In this document: positions 21,995 to 32,694 of the stretch, one piece after another
Layout: each line of letters starts with the position of its first letter
Position numbering within the stretch: the first letter of the stretch is position 1
Assembly: GCA_963709345.1 (NCBI GenBank)
Contig: CAVPVX010000006.1
Span: 46,827 to 110,826, forward strand
Direction of reading: 5' to 3'
DNA from: an uncultured Actinomycetes bacterium
GTDB taxonomy: Bacteria; Actinomycetota; Thermoleophilia; UBA2241
Length of the DNA: 64,000 nt
Program-made: the position numbers and the translations under genes
The notes under the pieces: model-generated
Seen by the model: the letters and a program-made list of their open reading frames with translations, nothing else
The model's database searches: none
What the model was told of the DNA's origin: nothing

Positions 21995-22256
21995 CGCTGG
22001 GCCTCCTCATGATCCGTGGGTAGACTGGGCCGCGAAAGTCTAGCGGCCGCGAGTCTCGCGCACAAGGGGACGCGGGTCTCGCCGGAGGCGCGGGTCGCGC
22101 GCGGCGCGTCGCCGACCTGCGCTGCTCGAGGGCTCGGGCGCAACGCCGGCTCCCTTGGCCAGCGGACTGCTCGGGGGTACTATCGCGTACACACCATAGG
22201 GCCACGGTCCGGCCCGACTCGGTCTGACCCGTGGACGCTCAGCGAAAGGCAATCAC

Positions 22257-22667
22257 ATGATCAAGGGCTTCAAGGAATTCCTCATGCGCGGCAACATCCT
22301 CGACCTGGCGGTGGCGTTCATCATGGGCGTCGCCTTCACCGCGGTGATCACCTCACTGGTGAACCACATCATCATGCCGATCGTCGCGGCCATCGTCGGC
22401 AAGCCCGACTTCTCGGGCCTCACCTTCACGATCAACAACAGCCAGTTCTTCTACGGTCTCTTCCTCAACGCCGTCGTCTCGTTCGTGCTGGTCGCGGCGG
22501 CCGTCTACTTCATCATCGTCATGCCCATGAACAAGCTCGCGGAGCGTCGCGCGAGGGGCGCCGACCCGACCACCAAGGAGTGCCCCGAGTGCCTGAGTGA
22601 GATCCCGCACGCGGCGCGCAGGTGCGCCTTCTGCACCTCGGATCAGCACGATTCGGCGGTGGCCTGA
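22257..22667 (+). CDS. mscL: Large-conductance mechanosensitive channel with C-terminal zinc ribbon
   Basis: FKEFLMRGNILDLAVAFIMGVAF; CPEC...CAFC. Confidence 0.93.
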   Translation: MIKGFKEFLMRGNILDLAVAFIMGVAFTAVITSLVNHIIMPIVAAIVGKPDFSGLTFTINNSQFFYGLFLNAVVSFVLVAAAVYFIIVMPMNKLAERRARGADPTTKECPECLSEIPHAARRCAFCTSDQHDSAVA

Positions 22668-22707
22668 GGCGGCGCCGGGCGAGCCCTTGACCCCTTCGGG
22701 AGGCCAG

Positions 22708-24579
22708 ATGTCATTGCTGCGACTCGACGTCGACGACCGCCAGGCGATCATGACCACTGAAGGCGCCGTGTGCGCCGGCACACAGGAGCTCGTCGAGAGC
22801 GCCACCTTCGCGCGCGTCCTCGACCTGTACGTCAACCACATCGAAGCCCACAACCCTACGGCGCTGGACGAGCTGGGTCTCTCCGTCGAGGAGTCCCCCT
22901 CCGCCGCGCTGGGAGTTGCCGGCGGGCCGGCCGGAGGTGCCGGGTCGCGCGCCGACCCGCGGCGCCGGCGCCTGCTCGACCTTCTGCGCATGCTGGCGAA
23001 CAACCCGCTCGAGCGGGTCTCGACGACCACTCTCGCTCCGGATGACGTCGTCTCCCGGCGCGAGCAACTCCACGAGTTCGTCGAGGGGTTGTACGACTTC
23101 TGGCGCCGGTGGGACCGCTTTCTCGTGGTGCGCGCCGACGCGCCGGCCGCCCCGGGGGACAAGCGCCCGCTGCGAGGGTTCACGGATACTGTCGAGACAC
23201 TGGCTCGCCTGGTGCGCTCGCTGTACCGGGACGTCGCCGAGAACATCACCGGCGGCCGGCCGCGCGTGCTGCGCCAGGTCGCGGCCGGTGCCGAGGTCGG
23301 CGTCTACGCCGCGCAGCAGAAGTGGCCGGCCCCGGCTCGTTACCGCGAGCTGTTGGCCGGCATCCCCTTCGTGCGGAATCTCCTCATGTACCCCCCGCTG
23401 CTGCTGGACCCGCCCATGAACACCCGCACCGGCCAGTTCACCGAGACCGCCGCCAATCCCCTCGACGGCCTGACGCTCGAGCGTGAGCAATGGCTCTGCT
23501 ATCCGGCGCTCGTCGGCCGGCTGGTCGTCTTCGTCTACTTCCACCGGCGTTTCATGGGCCTGGGCCTGAGTCTCGCCAACCTGTTCGAGCTCGCCTCGGA
23601 CGAGGAGATCGCCGCCGGCCCCGACGCCGTGTACCTCTACGGCGTCCCGCCGGCGGCTCTCGCCCGGTTCGGCGACCTGCCGACCGTGTTCCACGCCGAC
23701 GAGGCGAGCCGGCTGCTCGTCGCCGCGGTGCCTCTCGAGGACCGCTTCGGGTATTTCGGGTATCTGAAGAAGATGGTCCTCACCTTGCACAACGTGGCCG
23801 TCATGGATCGCGGCGTCATGCCGTTCCATGGCGCCTACACGCGCCTCACGCTCGCCGGCGGCGGAACAGCGAGCGTTCTGCTGATCGGGGACACCGCGAC
23901 CGGCAAGTCGGAGACGCTGGAGGCGCTGCGCGTGACCGGCGAGGAGCGCATTCGCGAGGTGCGCATCATAGCCGACGACATGGGATCGCTCGAGGTCGGG
24001 TCGGGCGGCGACCTGCTCGGGTACGGCACCGAGATCGGCGCCTTCGTGCGTCTCGACGACCTGCAACAGGGGTACGCCTTCGGCCAGTTGGACCGCTCGA
24101 TCATTATGAGCCCGAACCGGGTCAACGCCCGGGTGGTCCTGCCGGTGACCTCGCTTGACGACGTGCTCCGCGGCTACCCCGTGGACTACCTGTTGTACGC
24201 CAACAACTACGAGGCCGTCGACGACGCGCACCCCGTCCTCGAGCGTCTCGCGGACCGGGAGACGGCGTTGACCGTGTTTCGGGAGGGCGCCGCGATGAGC
24301 AAGGGCACGACCACGTCGACGGGGCTCACGAACAGCTACTTCGCCAACCCCTTCGGCCCGGCGCAGCGCCGGGAGCAGCACGAGACGCTGGCGGAAGGGA
24401 CGTTCGCGGCGGCATACGCGGCCGGCGTCTACGTGGGGCAGCTCCGCACGCAGCTCGGGTTGCCCGGCTACGAGAGCGACGGCCCCCGCATCGCTGCGGG
24501 GGCTCTGCTGGACCTGATCGCCGGCGGCGCTTCGCCGGCCGGCCCCGCCCGACCCGAAGAAGGGAGCGACCGCCCATGA
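22708..24579 (+). CDS. Atypical PEP carboxykinase-like P-loop protein
   Basis: [53 protein letters not shown]. Confidence 0.75.
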   Translation: MSLLRLDVDDRQAIMTTEGAVCAGTQELVESATFARVLDLYVNHIEAHNPTALDELGLSVEESPSAALGVAGGPAGGAGSRADPRRRRLLDLLRMLANNPLERVSTTTLAPDDVVSRREQLHEFVEGLYDFWRRWDRFLVVRADAPAAPGDKRPLRGFTDTVETLARLVRSLYRDVAENITGGRPRVLRQVAAGAEVGVYAAQQKWPAPARYRELLAGIPFVRNLLMYPPLLLDPPMNTRTGQFTETAANPLDGLTLEREQWLCYPALVGRLVVFVYFHRRFMGLGLSLANLFELASDEEIAAGPDAVYLYGVPPAALARFGDLPTVFHADEASRLLVAAVPLEDRFGYFGYLKKMVLTLHNVAVMDRGVMPFHGAYTRLTLAGGGTASVLLIGDTATGKSETLEALRVTGEERIREVRIIADDMGSLEVGSGGDLLGYGTEIGAFVRLDDLQQGYAFGQLDRSIIMSPNRVNARVVLPVTSLDDVLRGYPVDYLLYANNYEAVDDAHPVLERLADRETALTVFREGAAMSKGTTTSTGLTNSYFANPFGPAQRREQHETLAEGTFAAAYAAGVYVGQLRTQLGLPGYESDGPRIAAGALLDLIAGGASPAGPARPEEGSDRP

Positions 24580-25448
24580 CGACGTTGTACGAGTCCAACG
24601 AGACCGCTTGGAACCTCATCAGCCGCGGCAAGGTGCGCGACGTGTACGAATACGCACCGAATCAGATGCTCATCGTGACCAGCGACCGCCTTTCGGCCTT
24701 CGACGTGATTCTGCCGACGCCGATCCCGGACAAGGGCATTGTGCTCACCCAGATCGCCAACTTCTGGTTCGAGAAGACCGACGCGATCATCCTCAACCAC
24801 CTCGTCGATCCCGACCCGTTCAGCACCGATGCGGGGCGCAAGCACCTCGCGGGGCGTTCGATCGTGGTGCACAGGGCGGAGGCTCTGCCGGTGGAGGCGA
24901 TCGTGCGCGGGTACCTCACCGGCTCCGGGCGCAAGGAGTACGAGAAGACCGGCGCCGTCTGCGGGATCGATCTGCCGGCAGGCCTCGTCGAGGCGAGCCG
25001 GCTGCCCGAGCCCATCTACACGCCATCGACCAAGGCGGCGATCGGCGACCACGACGAGAACATCTCGTTCGAGAAGACCGTCGACCTCGTCGGCAAGGAG
25101 CTGGCCGAGAAGGTCCGCGACGTCGCGCTCGAGCTCTACCGCTTCGGGGCGGAGTACGCGCTCGCGCGCGGCATCATCATCGCGGACACCAAGTTCGAGT
25201 TCGGCCTGCTCGACGGTGAGCTCATCCTCATCGACGAGATCATGACGCCGGACTCGTCGCGATTCTGGCCGGCGGACGGGTACGCGCCCGGTGCGGGCCA
25301 GCCGAGCTACGACAAGCAGTACGTGCGTGACTACCTCGAGACGCTCGACTGGGACAAGACGGCTCCAGGGCCGGAGCTGCCTCCCGAGGTCGCACGGAAG
25401 ACGGCGGAGAAGTACACGGAGGCATGGCGCCGCCTGACGACGACTTGA
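24576..25448 (+). CDS. purC: SAICAR synthetase
   Basis: [47 protein letters not shown]. Confidence 0.97.
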   Translation: MTTLYESNETAWNLISRGKVRDVYEYAPNQMLIVTSDRLSAFDVILPTPIPDKGIVLTQIANFWFEKTDAIILNHLVDPDPFSTDAGRKHLAGRSIVVHRAEALPVEAIVRGYLTGSGRKEYEKTGAVCGIDLPAGLVEASRLPEPIYTPSTKAAIGDHDENISFEKTVDLVGKELAEKVRDVALELYRFGAEYALARGIIIADTKFEFGLLDGELILIDEIMTPDSSRFWPADGYAPGAGQPSYDKQYVRDYLETLDWDKTAPGPELPPEVARKTAEKYTEAWRRLTTT

Positions 25449-26131
25449 ACGCCGGCGACGGCATCCCGCAGGCGGCGCTGCACTGGGAGCGGCGGTACGC
25501 CAGCGGCGGTCGCGTGTGGGGCGACGGGCCCAGCGAACTCGCTCGGCTCGCCGTCGCACGGCTGCGCCCGTATGCCGCGCCCGAGCTGAGCATCCTGGAC
25601 GCCGGCTGCGGGTACGGGCGCGACGCCCGTTACCTGGCGACCGAGCTGGGGTGCCGCGTCACGGGGCTGGATCCGTCGCCGACCGCCGTGGCCGCCGCCC
25701 GCAAAGCGCGGACGGCGGAGCTCGACGTGGAGTACCTGGCCGGCGACCTCGCGTCGCTCGCGAGTGACGCGGAGCACGCCGGCCCGTACGACGTCGTCTT
25801 CGTCGGCGGCGTGTACCACCTGCTCGGGCCGATAGGGCGCCGGGAGTTCGCGGCGGCGGTCGCCGCCGCCACGCGTCACGGCGGCCTCCTCTTCCTCAGC
25901 ACGCTCTCGCCCCGCGATCCCCAGCACTACGCGGTCGGCGAGCCGGTCTCGGGCGAGGAGCGCAGCTGGGTCGCGCATGTCTACCTGCACTTCTGCACGG
26001 CCGACGAGCTTGCCGCCGACTTCGCCGCCTTCGAGGTGCTCGACCTCGAGGAGCGCAGCTACGACGAGCCGTTCGCGAACGGGCAGGTCCACCGACACGC
26101 AAGCTGGTTCCTGGAGGGCCGCCGGCGCTGA
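25424..26131 (+). CDS. Class I SAM-dependent methyltransferase
   Basis: [27 protein letters not shown]. Confidence 0.85.
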   Translation: MAPPDDDLNAGDGIPQAALHWERRYASGGRVWGDGPSELARLAVARLRPYAAPELSILDAGCGYGRDARYLATELGCRVTGLDPSPTAVAAARKARTAELDVEYLAGDLASLASDAEHAGPYDVVFVGGVYHLLGPIGRREFAAAVAAATRHGGLLFLSTLSPRDPQHYAVGEPVSGEERSWVAHVYLHFCTADELAADFAAFEVLDLEERSYDEPFANGQVHRHASWFLEGRRR

Positions 26132-26226
26132 GGCCTTCGGCCCGCCGGCGTCACTGTGCGGGGACGATCCGGTGGATGGAACCGGTGAGGGAGACGACGT
26201 AGAGCTCACCGGTGGGTGGCCCTCGG

Positions 26227-27054
26227 CTACCGGCAGTACGTGCGGCGGAACGCGGAGGCGCTCGCGACCTCGGCTTCGCCGACGAGAGAGCGCAGTCTCA
26301 GGATTTCGTGCTCGTGGACGAGCAGAGGGACGGCGTCGACCCGGTCGACCGGGACGATCCCGCGCACGCTGCTCGTGAGCATCACTCCATCATCCGGCCT
26401 CAGGTCGGCGACTCGGGCCCACGCCTCCACGACCGGGATGCCGTCGGCGGTGGCCACTTCCTCCACCTTGGCGCGCAGGACGCCGGGCAGGATGTCTCCC
26501 TCGGCCGGCGGCGTCACGAGCCCGCCGGCGCGTATGACGAACACGTTCGAGGTAGCGCCTTCGAAGATGCGGCCCTCGCCGTCGACGAGGAGCGCGTCGT
26601 CAGCCCCAGCCGCCTTCGCCGCCTGCTGGGCCATGTACGACTGCATGACGGTCATCGCCTTGTACTGGGCGCTCACACGCACGCCGCGGTACGAGATGAC
26701 GCGGAGCGGGCGCTGCGGGAACCTGCGCCGGTCGGTCTGGACGAGCAGCGCGGGAGAGCCGTTTGGCGGACCCGCCGTCACCAGCAGCCGGCAGGCGCCG
26801 TCGGGCACGTCACTCGCCTCGCTGAGACGGCAGATCTGCTCGGCCAGCTCGGCCTTGTCGATGGGATTCTCGAAGCCCAGGGCATCGATGCCGAGCAGGA
26901 GCCGTGTGACGTGCTCCTCGAAGAAGACGGGGACGCCGCCGACGAGCTTGAGCGTCTCGTAGAGCCCAAGGCCGTGAGTGAGCGCCCGGTCGGTGGCCGG
27001 GAGAAAGGCCTCCTGCTCGGTCATCAGCACACCGTTGAGAATCAGTATGGTCAC
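26227..27054 (-). CDS. Class IV aminotransferase / 4-amino-4-deoxychorismate lyase-like
   Basis: DRALTHGLGLYET, EGATSNVF, ILPGVLR, LTSSVRGIVPV; next to a pabB-like gene. Confidence 0.85.
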   Translation of the reverse strand: MTILILNGVLMTEQEAFLPATDRALTHGLGLYETLKLVGGVPVFFEEHVTRLLLGIDALGFENPIDKAELAEQICRLSEASDVPDGACRLLVTAGPPNGSPALLVQTDRRRFPQRPLRVISYRGVRVSAQYKAMTVMQSYMAQQAAKAAGADDALLVDGEGRIFEGATSNVFVIRAGGLVTPPAEGDILPGVLRAKVEEVATADGIPVVEAWARVADLRPDDGVMLTSSVRGIVPVDRVDAVPLLVHEHEILRLRSLVGEAEVASASAFRRTYCR

Positions 27055-27152
27055 GGCGCAGAGTGTATCTCGCCGTTGCTCGCCGCGCCCACCGGCGGTG
27101 TCCGGGAGCCCGCCGCCGGCAGCCGGGAGCATCGCCCGGCGGCGTGAGTGCG

Positions 27153-28664
27153 TCAGCCGGCGCGCTCGGCGATGCTCGCGCTCACGGCGCGCAGCATGCC
27201 GGCCGCCTTGTGCAGCGTCTCGCGGTACTCGCGCACCGGCACCGAGTCGGCGACGATACCGCCGCCGGCCTGCAAGAAGAGGCGGTCACCCTTGCGCACG
27301 AGCGTGCGAATGATGATGTTCAGATCGAGCTGCCGTTCGGCGATCCAGCCGAAGGACCCGGTGTAGGGGCCGCGGCGGACGGTCTCGAGCTCGTCGACGA
27401 TCTCCATGCAGCGGACCTTGGGGCAGCCGGTGATGGTGCCGCCGGGGAACATCGCCTTGACGAGACCGACGGCGTCGTGCGAGGGGTGCAGGCGGCCGCG
27501 CACATTGCTGACGATGTGGATCACGTGCGAGTAGAACTCGTTGACCATGAGCTCGTTGACGCGCACGGTGCCGTACTCGCACACCTTGCCGAGGTCGTTG
27601 CGCTCGAGGTCGACGAGCATGATGTGCTCGGCGCGGTCCTTGGGGTCGAGGTTGAGCTCGTCGGTGAGGTGTTCGTCTTCCGGCTGGAGGGCGCCTCGCG
27701 GCCGCGTACCGGCGATCGGCCGGGTCTCGGCCCAGCCCTCCGCGTCGAGCGAGACCAGGCGCTCGGGCGACGAGCTGATCAGCTCGTAGTCGCCGAAGTG
27801 GAGGTACCCGGCGAAGGGCGACGGGTTGACGGCGCGCAGCGTGCCGTAGAGGTGCAGGCTCGGGAGCGAGTAGCAGAGGTCGAGGCGCTGCGAGAGGTTG
27901 GCCTGGAAGATGTCGCCGGCGAAGACGTACTCCCGGGTCCGGGCGACAACGGCTTCGTACTCGGCTCTGGTGAAGTTGCTGCGGAACACGGGGAGGTCGT
28001 TGCCGTGGAGCACGGCGGCGGAGGCGTGGCGCGCGCGCTCGAGGGCTGCGCCCACGCGCGCGCCTTGTGCCGCCGCCGCGTCGCCGTCCGCGGCGATGCG
28101 GTCGACGAGCAGGGCCTCCCCGGTCGCCAGGTCGTACCGCAGCAGGCGCCCGGGGAGGAACACGTCGATATCGGGTATGCTGAGGTCGTCGCGCACCGTG
28201 TCCGGCAGCCGCTCGAGGTAGCGCACGGCGTCGTACGAGAGCAGGCCGACGAGCGCCTCGGCTTCGGGCAGGCTCGTGATCTCACCTTCATCGCCGCCCA
28301 CATCGCTGCGGCTCACCTGCTCGCCGTTGCGGTCCGTGAACGGCCGTGCGGCCAGCCGCGTCGCGGCACGCAGCGCCTCGAACGGCGCCAGACGGGCGAG
28401 CCCGCCCGCCCGCGCCGCCAGCTCACGCGCCGAACGCCCGCCCGCCCGCGAGACGGAAGATCCGGGTGTGACGGCGACGACGTCGCGTCGCGCGCGTAGC
28501 CGGAAGACCGGATCCCATGCCAGGTAGTGCCGGCGGGCCAGCTGCGCCGATCCGCCCGCCGAATCCAGCAGGACGACCGGCGCCTCGCCCTCGAGACCGA
28601 GAGCCCGCACGAGCGCGACCGGATCGAGGTCCTGTGCCTGGAAGCGGGTGACGTGAGGGTTCAT
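27153..28664 (-). CDS. Aminodeoxychorismate/anthranilate synthase component I family (PabB-like)
   Basis: AGDIFQANLS, NPSPF, SSSPE, RPIAGTR, EHIMLVDLERNDLG, FPGGTITGCPK, RGPYTG. Confidence 0.9.
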   Translation of the reverse strand: MNPHVTRFQAQDLDPVALVRALGLEGEAPVVLLDSAGGSAQLARRHYLAWDPVFRLRARRDVVAVTPGSSVSRAGGRSARELAARAGGLARLAPFEALRAATRLAARPFTDRNGEQVSRSDVGGDEGEITSLPEAEALVGLLSYDAVRYLERLPDTVRDDLSIPDIDVFLPGRLLRYDLATGEALLVDRIAADGDAAAAQGARVGAALERARHASAAVLHGNDLPVFRSNFTRAEYEAVVARTREYVFAGDIFQANLSQRLDLCYSLPSLHLYGTLRAVNPSPFAGYLHFGDYELISSSPERLVSLDAEGWAETRPIAGTRPRGALQPEDEHLTDELNLDPKDRAEHIMLVDLERNDLGKVCEYGTVRVNELMVNEFYSHVIHIVSNVRGRLHPSHDAVGLVKAMFPGGTITGCPKVRCMEIVDELETVRRGPYTGSFGWIAERQLDLNIIIRTLVRKGDRLFLQAGGGIVADSVPVREYRETLHKAAGMLRAVSASIAERAG

Positions 28665-28750
28665 CGGCGGTGGGTCATCGGCGGGGCCTTCGCTTCGCGA
28701 GAGGGCGGCCGCGACCGGCGCTTCGTCCGGCGTGAGTCCGCGGCCTCCTG

Positions 28751-30136
28751 CTACTCCTCGTCGTCGTACCCGTACTCCTCGGTCTGGCGAAGGGCGCGGA
28801 ACTGCGTGTAGTCGCGCACGAAGCCGAGGCGCACCAAGCCGGTGGGGCCGTTGCGGTGCTTGGCGATCTTGACCTTGACGACGCCCTTGGACGCCGGGTC
28901 GCTCGGGTCCTCGTAGATGAACATCACCATGTCGGCGTCCTGCTCGATGGCGCCCGACTCGCGCAGGTCGGCGAGCTGGGGCTCCTTGTCGGCGCGCGCC
29001 TCGGGAGAGCGGTTGAGCTGCGACACGGCGATCACCGGCACCGAGAGCTCACGCGCCAGCTGTTTCATCGAGCGGGAGATGTTGGAGACCTCCTGCTGGC
29101 GGTTGTCGGAGCGGCCGTCGCCGGACATCAGCTGCAGGTAGTCGACGATGACGAGGCTGAGGGGCTGCTTGGACTGTAGACGCCGCGCCTTGGTGCGCAG
29201 CTCGAACATGTTGAGGCCGGCGGTGTCGTCGATGAAGATGTCGGCTTTTTCGAGTACACCCGCCGCCTGCACGAGCTTGGCGTGGTCGTCGGGGGTGAGG
29301 CTGCCGGTGCGCACCTTGTGCGAGCTGACGCGCGCCGACGAGCACATGAGCCGCTCGCCGAGCTCCTCGGCGCTCATCTCAAGGCTGAAGATCGCGACCG
29401 AGGCCTTCTTGCCGTCCGGTGATGCCTTGTTGGCGTCGACGGCGACGTGCTGCGCGATGTTGAGGGCGAGGCTCGTCTTGCCGACGCCGGGGCGCGCCGC
29501 GAGCACGATGAGGTTGGCCTTCTGGAAGCCGCCGGTGAGCTTGTCGATGCCCTCGAAGCCGCTGGCGATGCCGGTGAGCCCCTGGCTGTTCTCCAGGTCG
29601 CCCAGGCGCTCGAAGTTGCGCACCAGGACCTGCTTGATGTGCTCGAACTCGCCGACGCTGCGCTGCTGCTGGATGGCGAAGACCTTCTGCTCGCAGCGGT
29701 CGAGGAGGTCATGGGTGTCGCCGGGGTGCTGGTAGCCGAGCTCTGCGATCTCGTTGCCCACGCGGATGAGCGAGCGCAGTACGCTCTGCTCGCGCACGAT
29801 GCCGGCGTAGTGGGCGGCGTTGGCCGCCGCCGGCACGAACTCGGCCAGTGTGTGCACGAACTCGCGTCCCCCGGCGCGCTCGAGCATGCCGTCGCGTTCC
29901 AGCTGGGCGCTCAGCGTGACGACGTCGACTTCCTCGCTGCGGTTGAAGAGCGTGAGTACCGCGCGGTAGATCAGGCGGTGCGTGTCGCGGTAGAAGTCGT
30001 CGGCGGTGACCACCTCAGCGACCGCCGTGATCGCGTTCGGGTTGACCAGCATGGCGCCGAGCACCGACTGCTCCGCCTCGAGATTGTGGGGCGGCAGATG
30101 CGGACTGGCTGGTGGTTCGATGCGCTCTACTGCCAT
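28751..30136 (-). CDS. dnaB: Replicative DNA helicase
   Basis: PHNLEAEQSVLG, AARPGVGKT, FSLEM, IVDYLQL, DLRESGAIEQDAD, KHRNGPTG; no intein. Confidence 0.97.
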   Translation of the reverse strand: MAVERIEPPASPHLPPHNLEAEQSVLGAMLVNPNAITAVAEVVTADDFYRDTHRLIYRAVLTLFNRSEEVDVVTLSAQLERDGMLERAGGREFVHTLAEFVPAAANAAHYAGIVREQSVLRSLIRVGNEIAELGYQHPGDTHDLLDRCEQKVFAIQQQRSVGEFEHIKQVLVRNFERLGDLENSQGLTGIASGFEGIDKLTGGFQKANLIVLAARPGVGKTSLALNIAQHVAVDANKASPDGKKASVAIFSLEMSAEELGERLMCSSARVSSHKVRTGSLTPDDHAKLVQAAGVLEKADIFIDDTAGLNMFELRTKARRLQSKQPLSLVIVDYLQLMSGDGRSDNRQQEVSNISRSMKQLARELSVPVIAVSQLNRSPEARADKEPQLADLRESGAIEQDADMVMFIYEDPSDPASKGVVKVKIAKHRNGPTGLVRLGFVRDYTQFRALRQTEEYGYDDEE

Positions 30137-30638
30137 GGCTCTCCCGGGCGGTTGGCGGTGCTGGGGTCTCGGAGTCTACGCGACCCAACGGGGTGATGGT
30201 AGCGCAACGCGGGGACGGCGCGTCGCCGCCGCAGTGCAGGGGTCGAGCCCACGTGAAGCTGGATCGCTCGGCAGGCCCTGAGCCTCAAGCGCCACTGCTC
30301 AGCCGCGCCGCGGTTCTCCTTCCCTGCGTGCACGTCGAGGGCGATCCGCACCCGATGGGCGCGGTCTCTCGCCGACTCCATATTCGTCTCCTGCGAACCT
30401 GGCGGTACGGTCTTGCGCAGAAATCGGCAGCTGCAGTCAGCCGATTCTCTCCACTGCAGAAATGCAGTTGGGCGGACAAGCCCGACAGCGAAGGCATGAC
30501 GAGCTTCAGGTATCCCTCAATGCACTACGAGCTGTGGAACGCAGGGCGCACAGTGGCGTTCTTCGCTTCACCGACCGAGTGGCCATCTCGACGTACGCTG
30601 TACCAGCGGAATCACACCGCAACTCCGGCCCAGTCAGG

Positions 30639-31401
30639 CTAAGGTCGACTCCCGCCAGGCTTCCGGAACAGATACATGGCCCAGCCAAGGCAGTCCCGTC
30701 CCCATCGCAGGTAGGCGTCTCGATTCTTGCTCGAGATCTGCAACAGTTGCTCCACGTCTGGGTCGTCGGGATGAGCTGCCGCATAGCGTTCGGCTGCTTG
30801 CCACTGGAGCCCCTCGTACCGGTCCCAGTCGTCCTCACTGGACACCACCGTGTACAGGAACGAAAGGCCCAGGTCCACACCGGCCTGGACGTTACTCCTG
30901 TGAGTTCCGCATAGATCGGCATCTTGACCGGTCAGCCTCAGGTAGTCCGGATCCGGTTCCGTTCTCCAGAAGGGTTCGCCGACGAGCACCAGTCCCCCCG
31001 GCTGTACCATTCTGACTGAGCGCCTCCAGTGTCCCCGTGTGCCCCTTGTAGACCCACGATCCGCCAATGCACGAGGCCAGGTCCAACATCTCCTTTCGGT
31101 CGGGCTCGTACTCGCCACCGTCCATGTGGAGGAGTTCGATGCGCCCGTTCAGGCCGCGGGCCGCCACGTTCTTCCGCGCCTCCTCGATGGTGATGGGTGA
31201 CAGGTCGAGGCCCGTGCCCGCCACTTCGTACTGCTCCGCTACGAGACAAAGGAACTCCGCTTTCCCACACGCCACATCCAGGACGCGACCGCCGTCAGGA
31301 AGGCGGAGAAGCTCGATGAGCTCCTCAGTCTTGGTCAGACTCATCGGGTTCATGACCGTGTGGTCGGTGTGCGTGATGCCAAAGTACTTCCACATGTCCA
31401 T
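30639..31401 (-). CDS. SAM-dependent methyltransferase (YjhP-like), one-base frameshift near 31011
   Basis: VLDVACGKAE in frame 1; MVQPGGLVLVGEPFW...WDRYE in frame 2; span 763 = 3n+1. Confidence 0.8.
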
Positions 31402-31613
31402 CTCGATGGTCGCTTCCTTTCCTCGTGACCAGGCAGGCCAGCGCGGAGTCAGACTACACGATGACTGCGGAGATTCTCGATGTATCGCTCCATCCCTACC
31501 CCTCTGCGATCAGGCTCATCGCCGTACCTGAGAACCAGAGACTGACCAGATGCCGGGGGATGCTGGAGAATGGAAACTCCAGAGTTTGGCCGCAACCCGG
31601 CCTCCAATCAGCC

Positions 31614-31711
31614 GCCCACTATGCGCATCCAGCGGACTTCGGCGCCAGCCAGGTAGACTGAAGCAGGGAAGCATCGCTGCGCCTCGCAGCTGATGCGCAA
31701 CAACGTTAGGC
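31614..31711 (+). mobile_element. Integron attC-like site (degenerate R'')
   Basis: gcccact-atgcg-catccagc ... gctgatg-cgcaacaac-GTTAGGC; tgcgcat(c)cagc pairs with gctgatgcgca leaving one extrahelical base. Confidence 0.7.
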
Positions 31712-31751
31712 GTCGCAGAACCACCGTCTCATTCGACCCGAGAGGAATGCC

Positions 31752-32162
31752 ATGAACACAGCTCCGAGTCGACCCAAAGACGATCCCTGGAAGCTCAAGA
31801 CGCCGCCTGGGACCTCCGAGTACACGATGCACACGGACGAGAAGGACGGGAAGAAGATCCTGGTCTGCACCGTCGGCAGCACAGTGCTGCACTACGACCT
31901 GCGCTGCATCGACGACCTGCACGCGATGCTCAAGAAGGGAGGAGACTGGGTCGAGCTCGGTGGTGCCGACGAGCAGAAGCCGGCCAAGGAAGGAACAGTG
32001 GAGGCCTGGGGCCGCTCAGAAGCCAACCCAATCGGTGGCTGGTACGGTCTGAAGAAGGGATTGCGCGGGCGCTTTGGCGTCTACGTACCACCGCTCATGG
32101 AAGAACTTGGCCTCTGCGAGTTGGAGCACAACGCCAGGAACAATCGTATGCGCGCCAAGTGA
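31752..32162 (+). CDS. Conserved hypothetical gene-cassette protein (DUF6855-like from memory)
   Basis: GAGG RBS; DDPWKLKTPPGTSEY, TVEAWGRS, GGWYGLKKGLRGRFG; flanked by attC sites. Confidence 0.8.
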   Translation: MNTAPSRPKDDPWKLKTPPGTSEYTMHTDEKDGKKILVCTVGSTVLHYDLRCIDDLHAMLKKGGDWVELGGADEQKPAKEGTVEAWGRSEANPIGGWYGLKKGLRGRFGVYVPPLMEELGLCELEHNARNNRMRAK

Positions 32163-32172
32163 GCGAAGCGAC

Positions 32173-32301
32173 GCTTACCCCCTGGCTCAAGCGGAGCGCC
32201 AACGGCGGGCCACCAGGCCCGGTCTGGCGTTGCGCGGTACATTATCGCCGACTCGGGCTTGGCATCCTGCCGTCGTCGCCCGCTCAGCTCGAACGTTGGA
32301 C
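32173..32301 (+). mobile_element. Integron attC site, 129 bp
   Basis: gcttacc-ccctg-gctcaagc...gctcagc-tcgaac-GTTGGAC; internal palindrome acggcggg-ccaggcccgg/tcgggcttgg-cctgccgt; begins 10 nt after the stop codon. Confidence 0.8.
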
Positions 32302-32694
32302 GGGCGAGGCGACGAGGTTGTCTCTTCATTGGACCGTGAGGCGAACGAGGCCGGTCGCAGATTCGTTGCGAACATGTCGGCTGCACTGCACTCGGCGGCC
32401 ATCGTGCGACCGGAGGCTTGCGAATACGTCGCGGCTGTTGTCCGGGGACTGGATTCGAGCCGGCTGGAGCGCAACCCACAACCAGCGTTGCCGACGCAGC
32501 CACCCGTGTCATGGGATGCAGCTGTCGCGGCAGACAGGAGCCCAGGGTCTGGCTCGCTGCTCGAGCCGCTCGTGGGACTTCGCTCCGATCTGGCGTGGTT
32601 CACCGGGGAGCGATTGTGGTCGGGGACCGGGCACCGCCACTTCGCGTCTCGGATCTGGGGGGGCGTACATCGTCGAGAAGGTTGGAGCGGGCCA

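Noticed and set aside
30127-30381. SD-led 84-aa ORF upstream of dnaB
   Set aside because: No recognisable family and poor coding character; possibly a cassette remnant but unsupported as a CDS
32074-32694. Track start of the 638-aa Fe-S ORF
   Set aside because: It overlaps the cassette gene and runs through an attC site; the Fe-S gene most plausibly starts at TTG 32695
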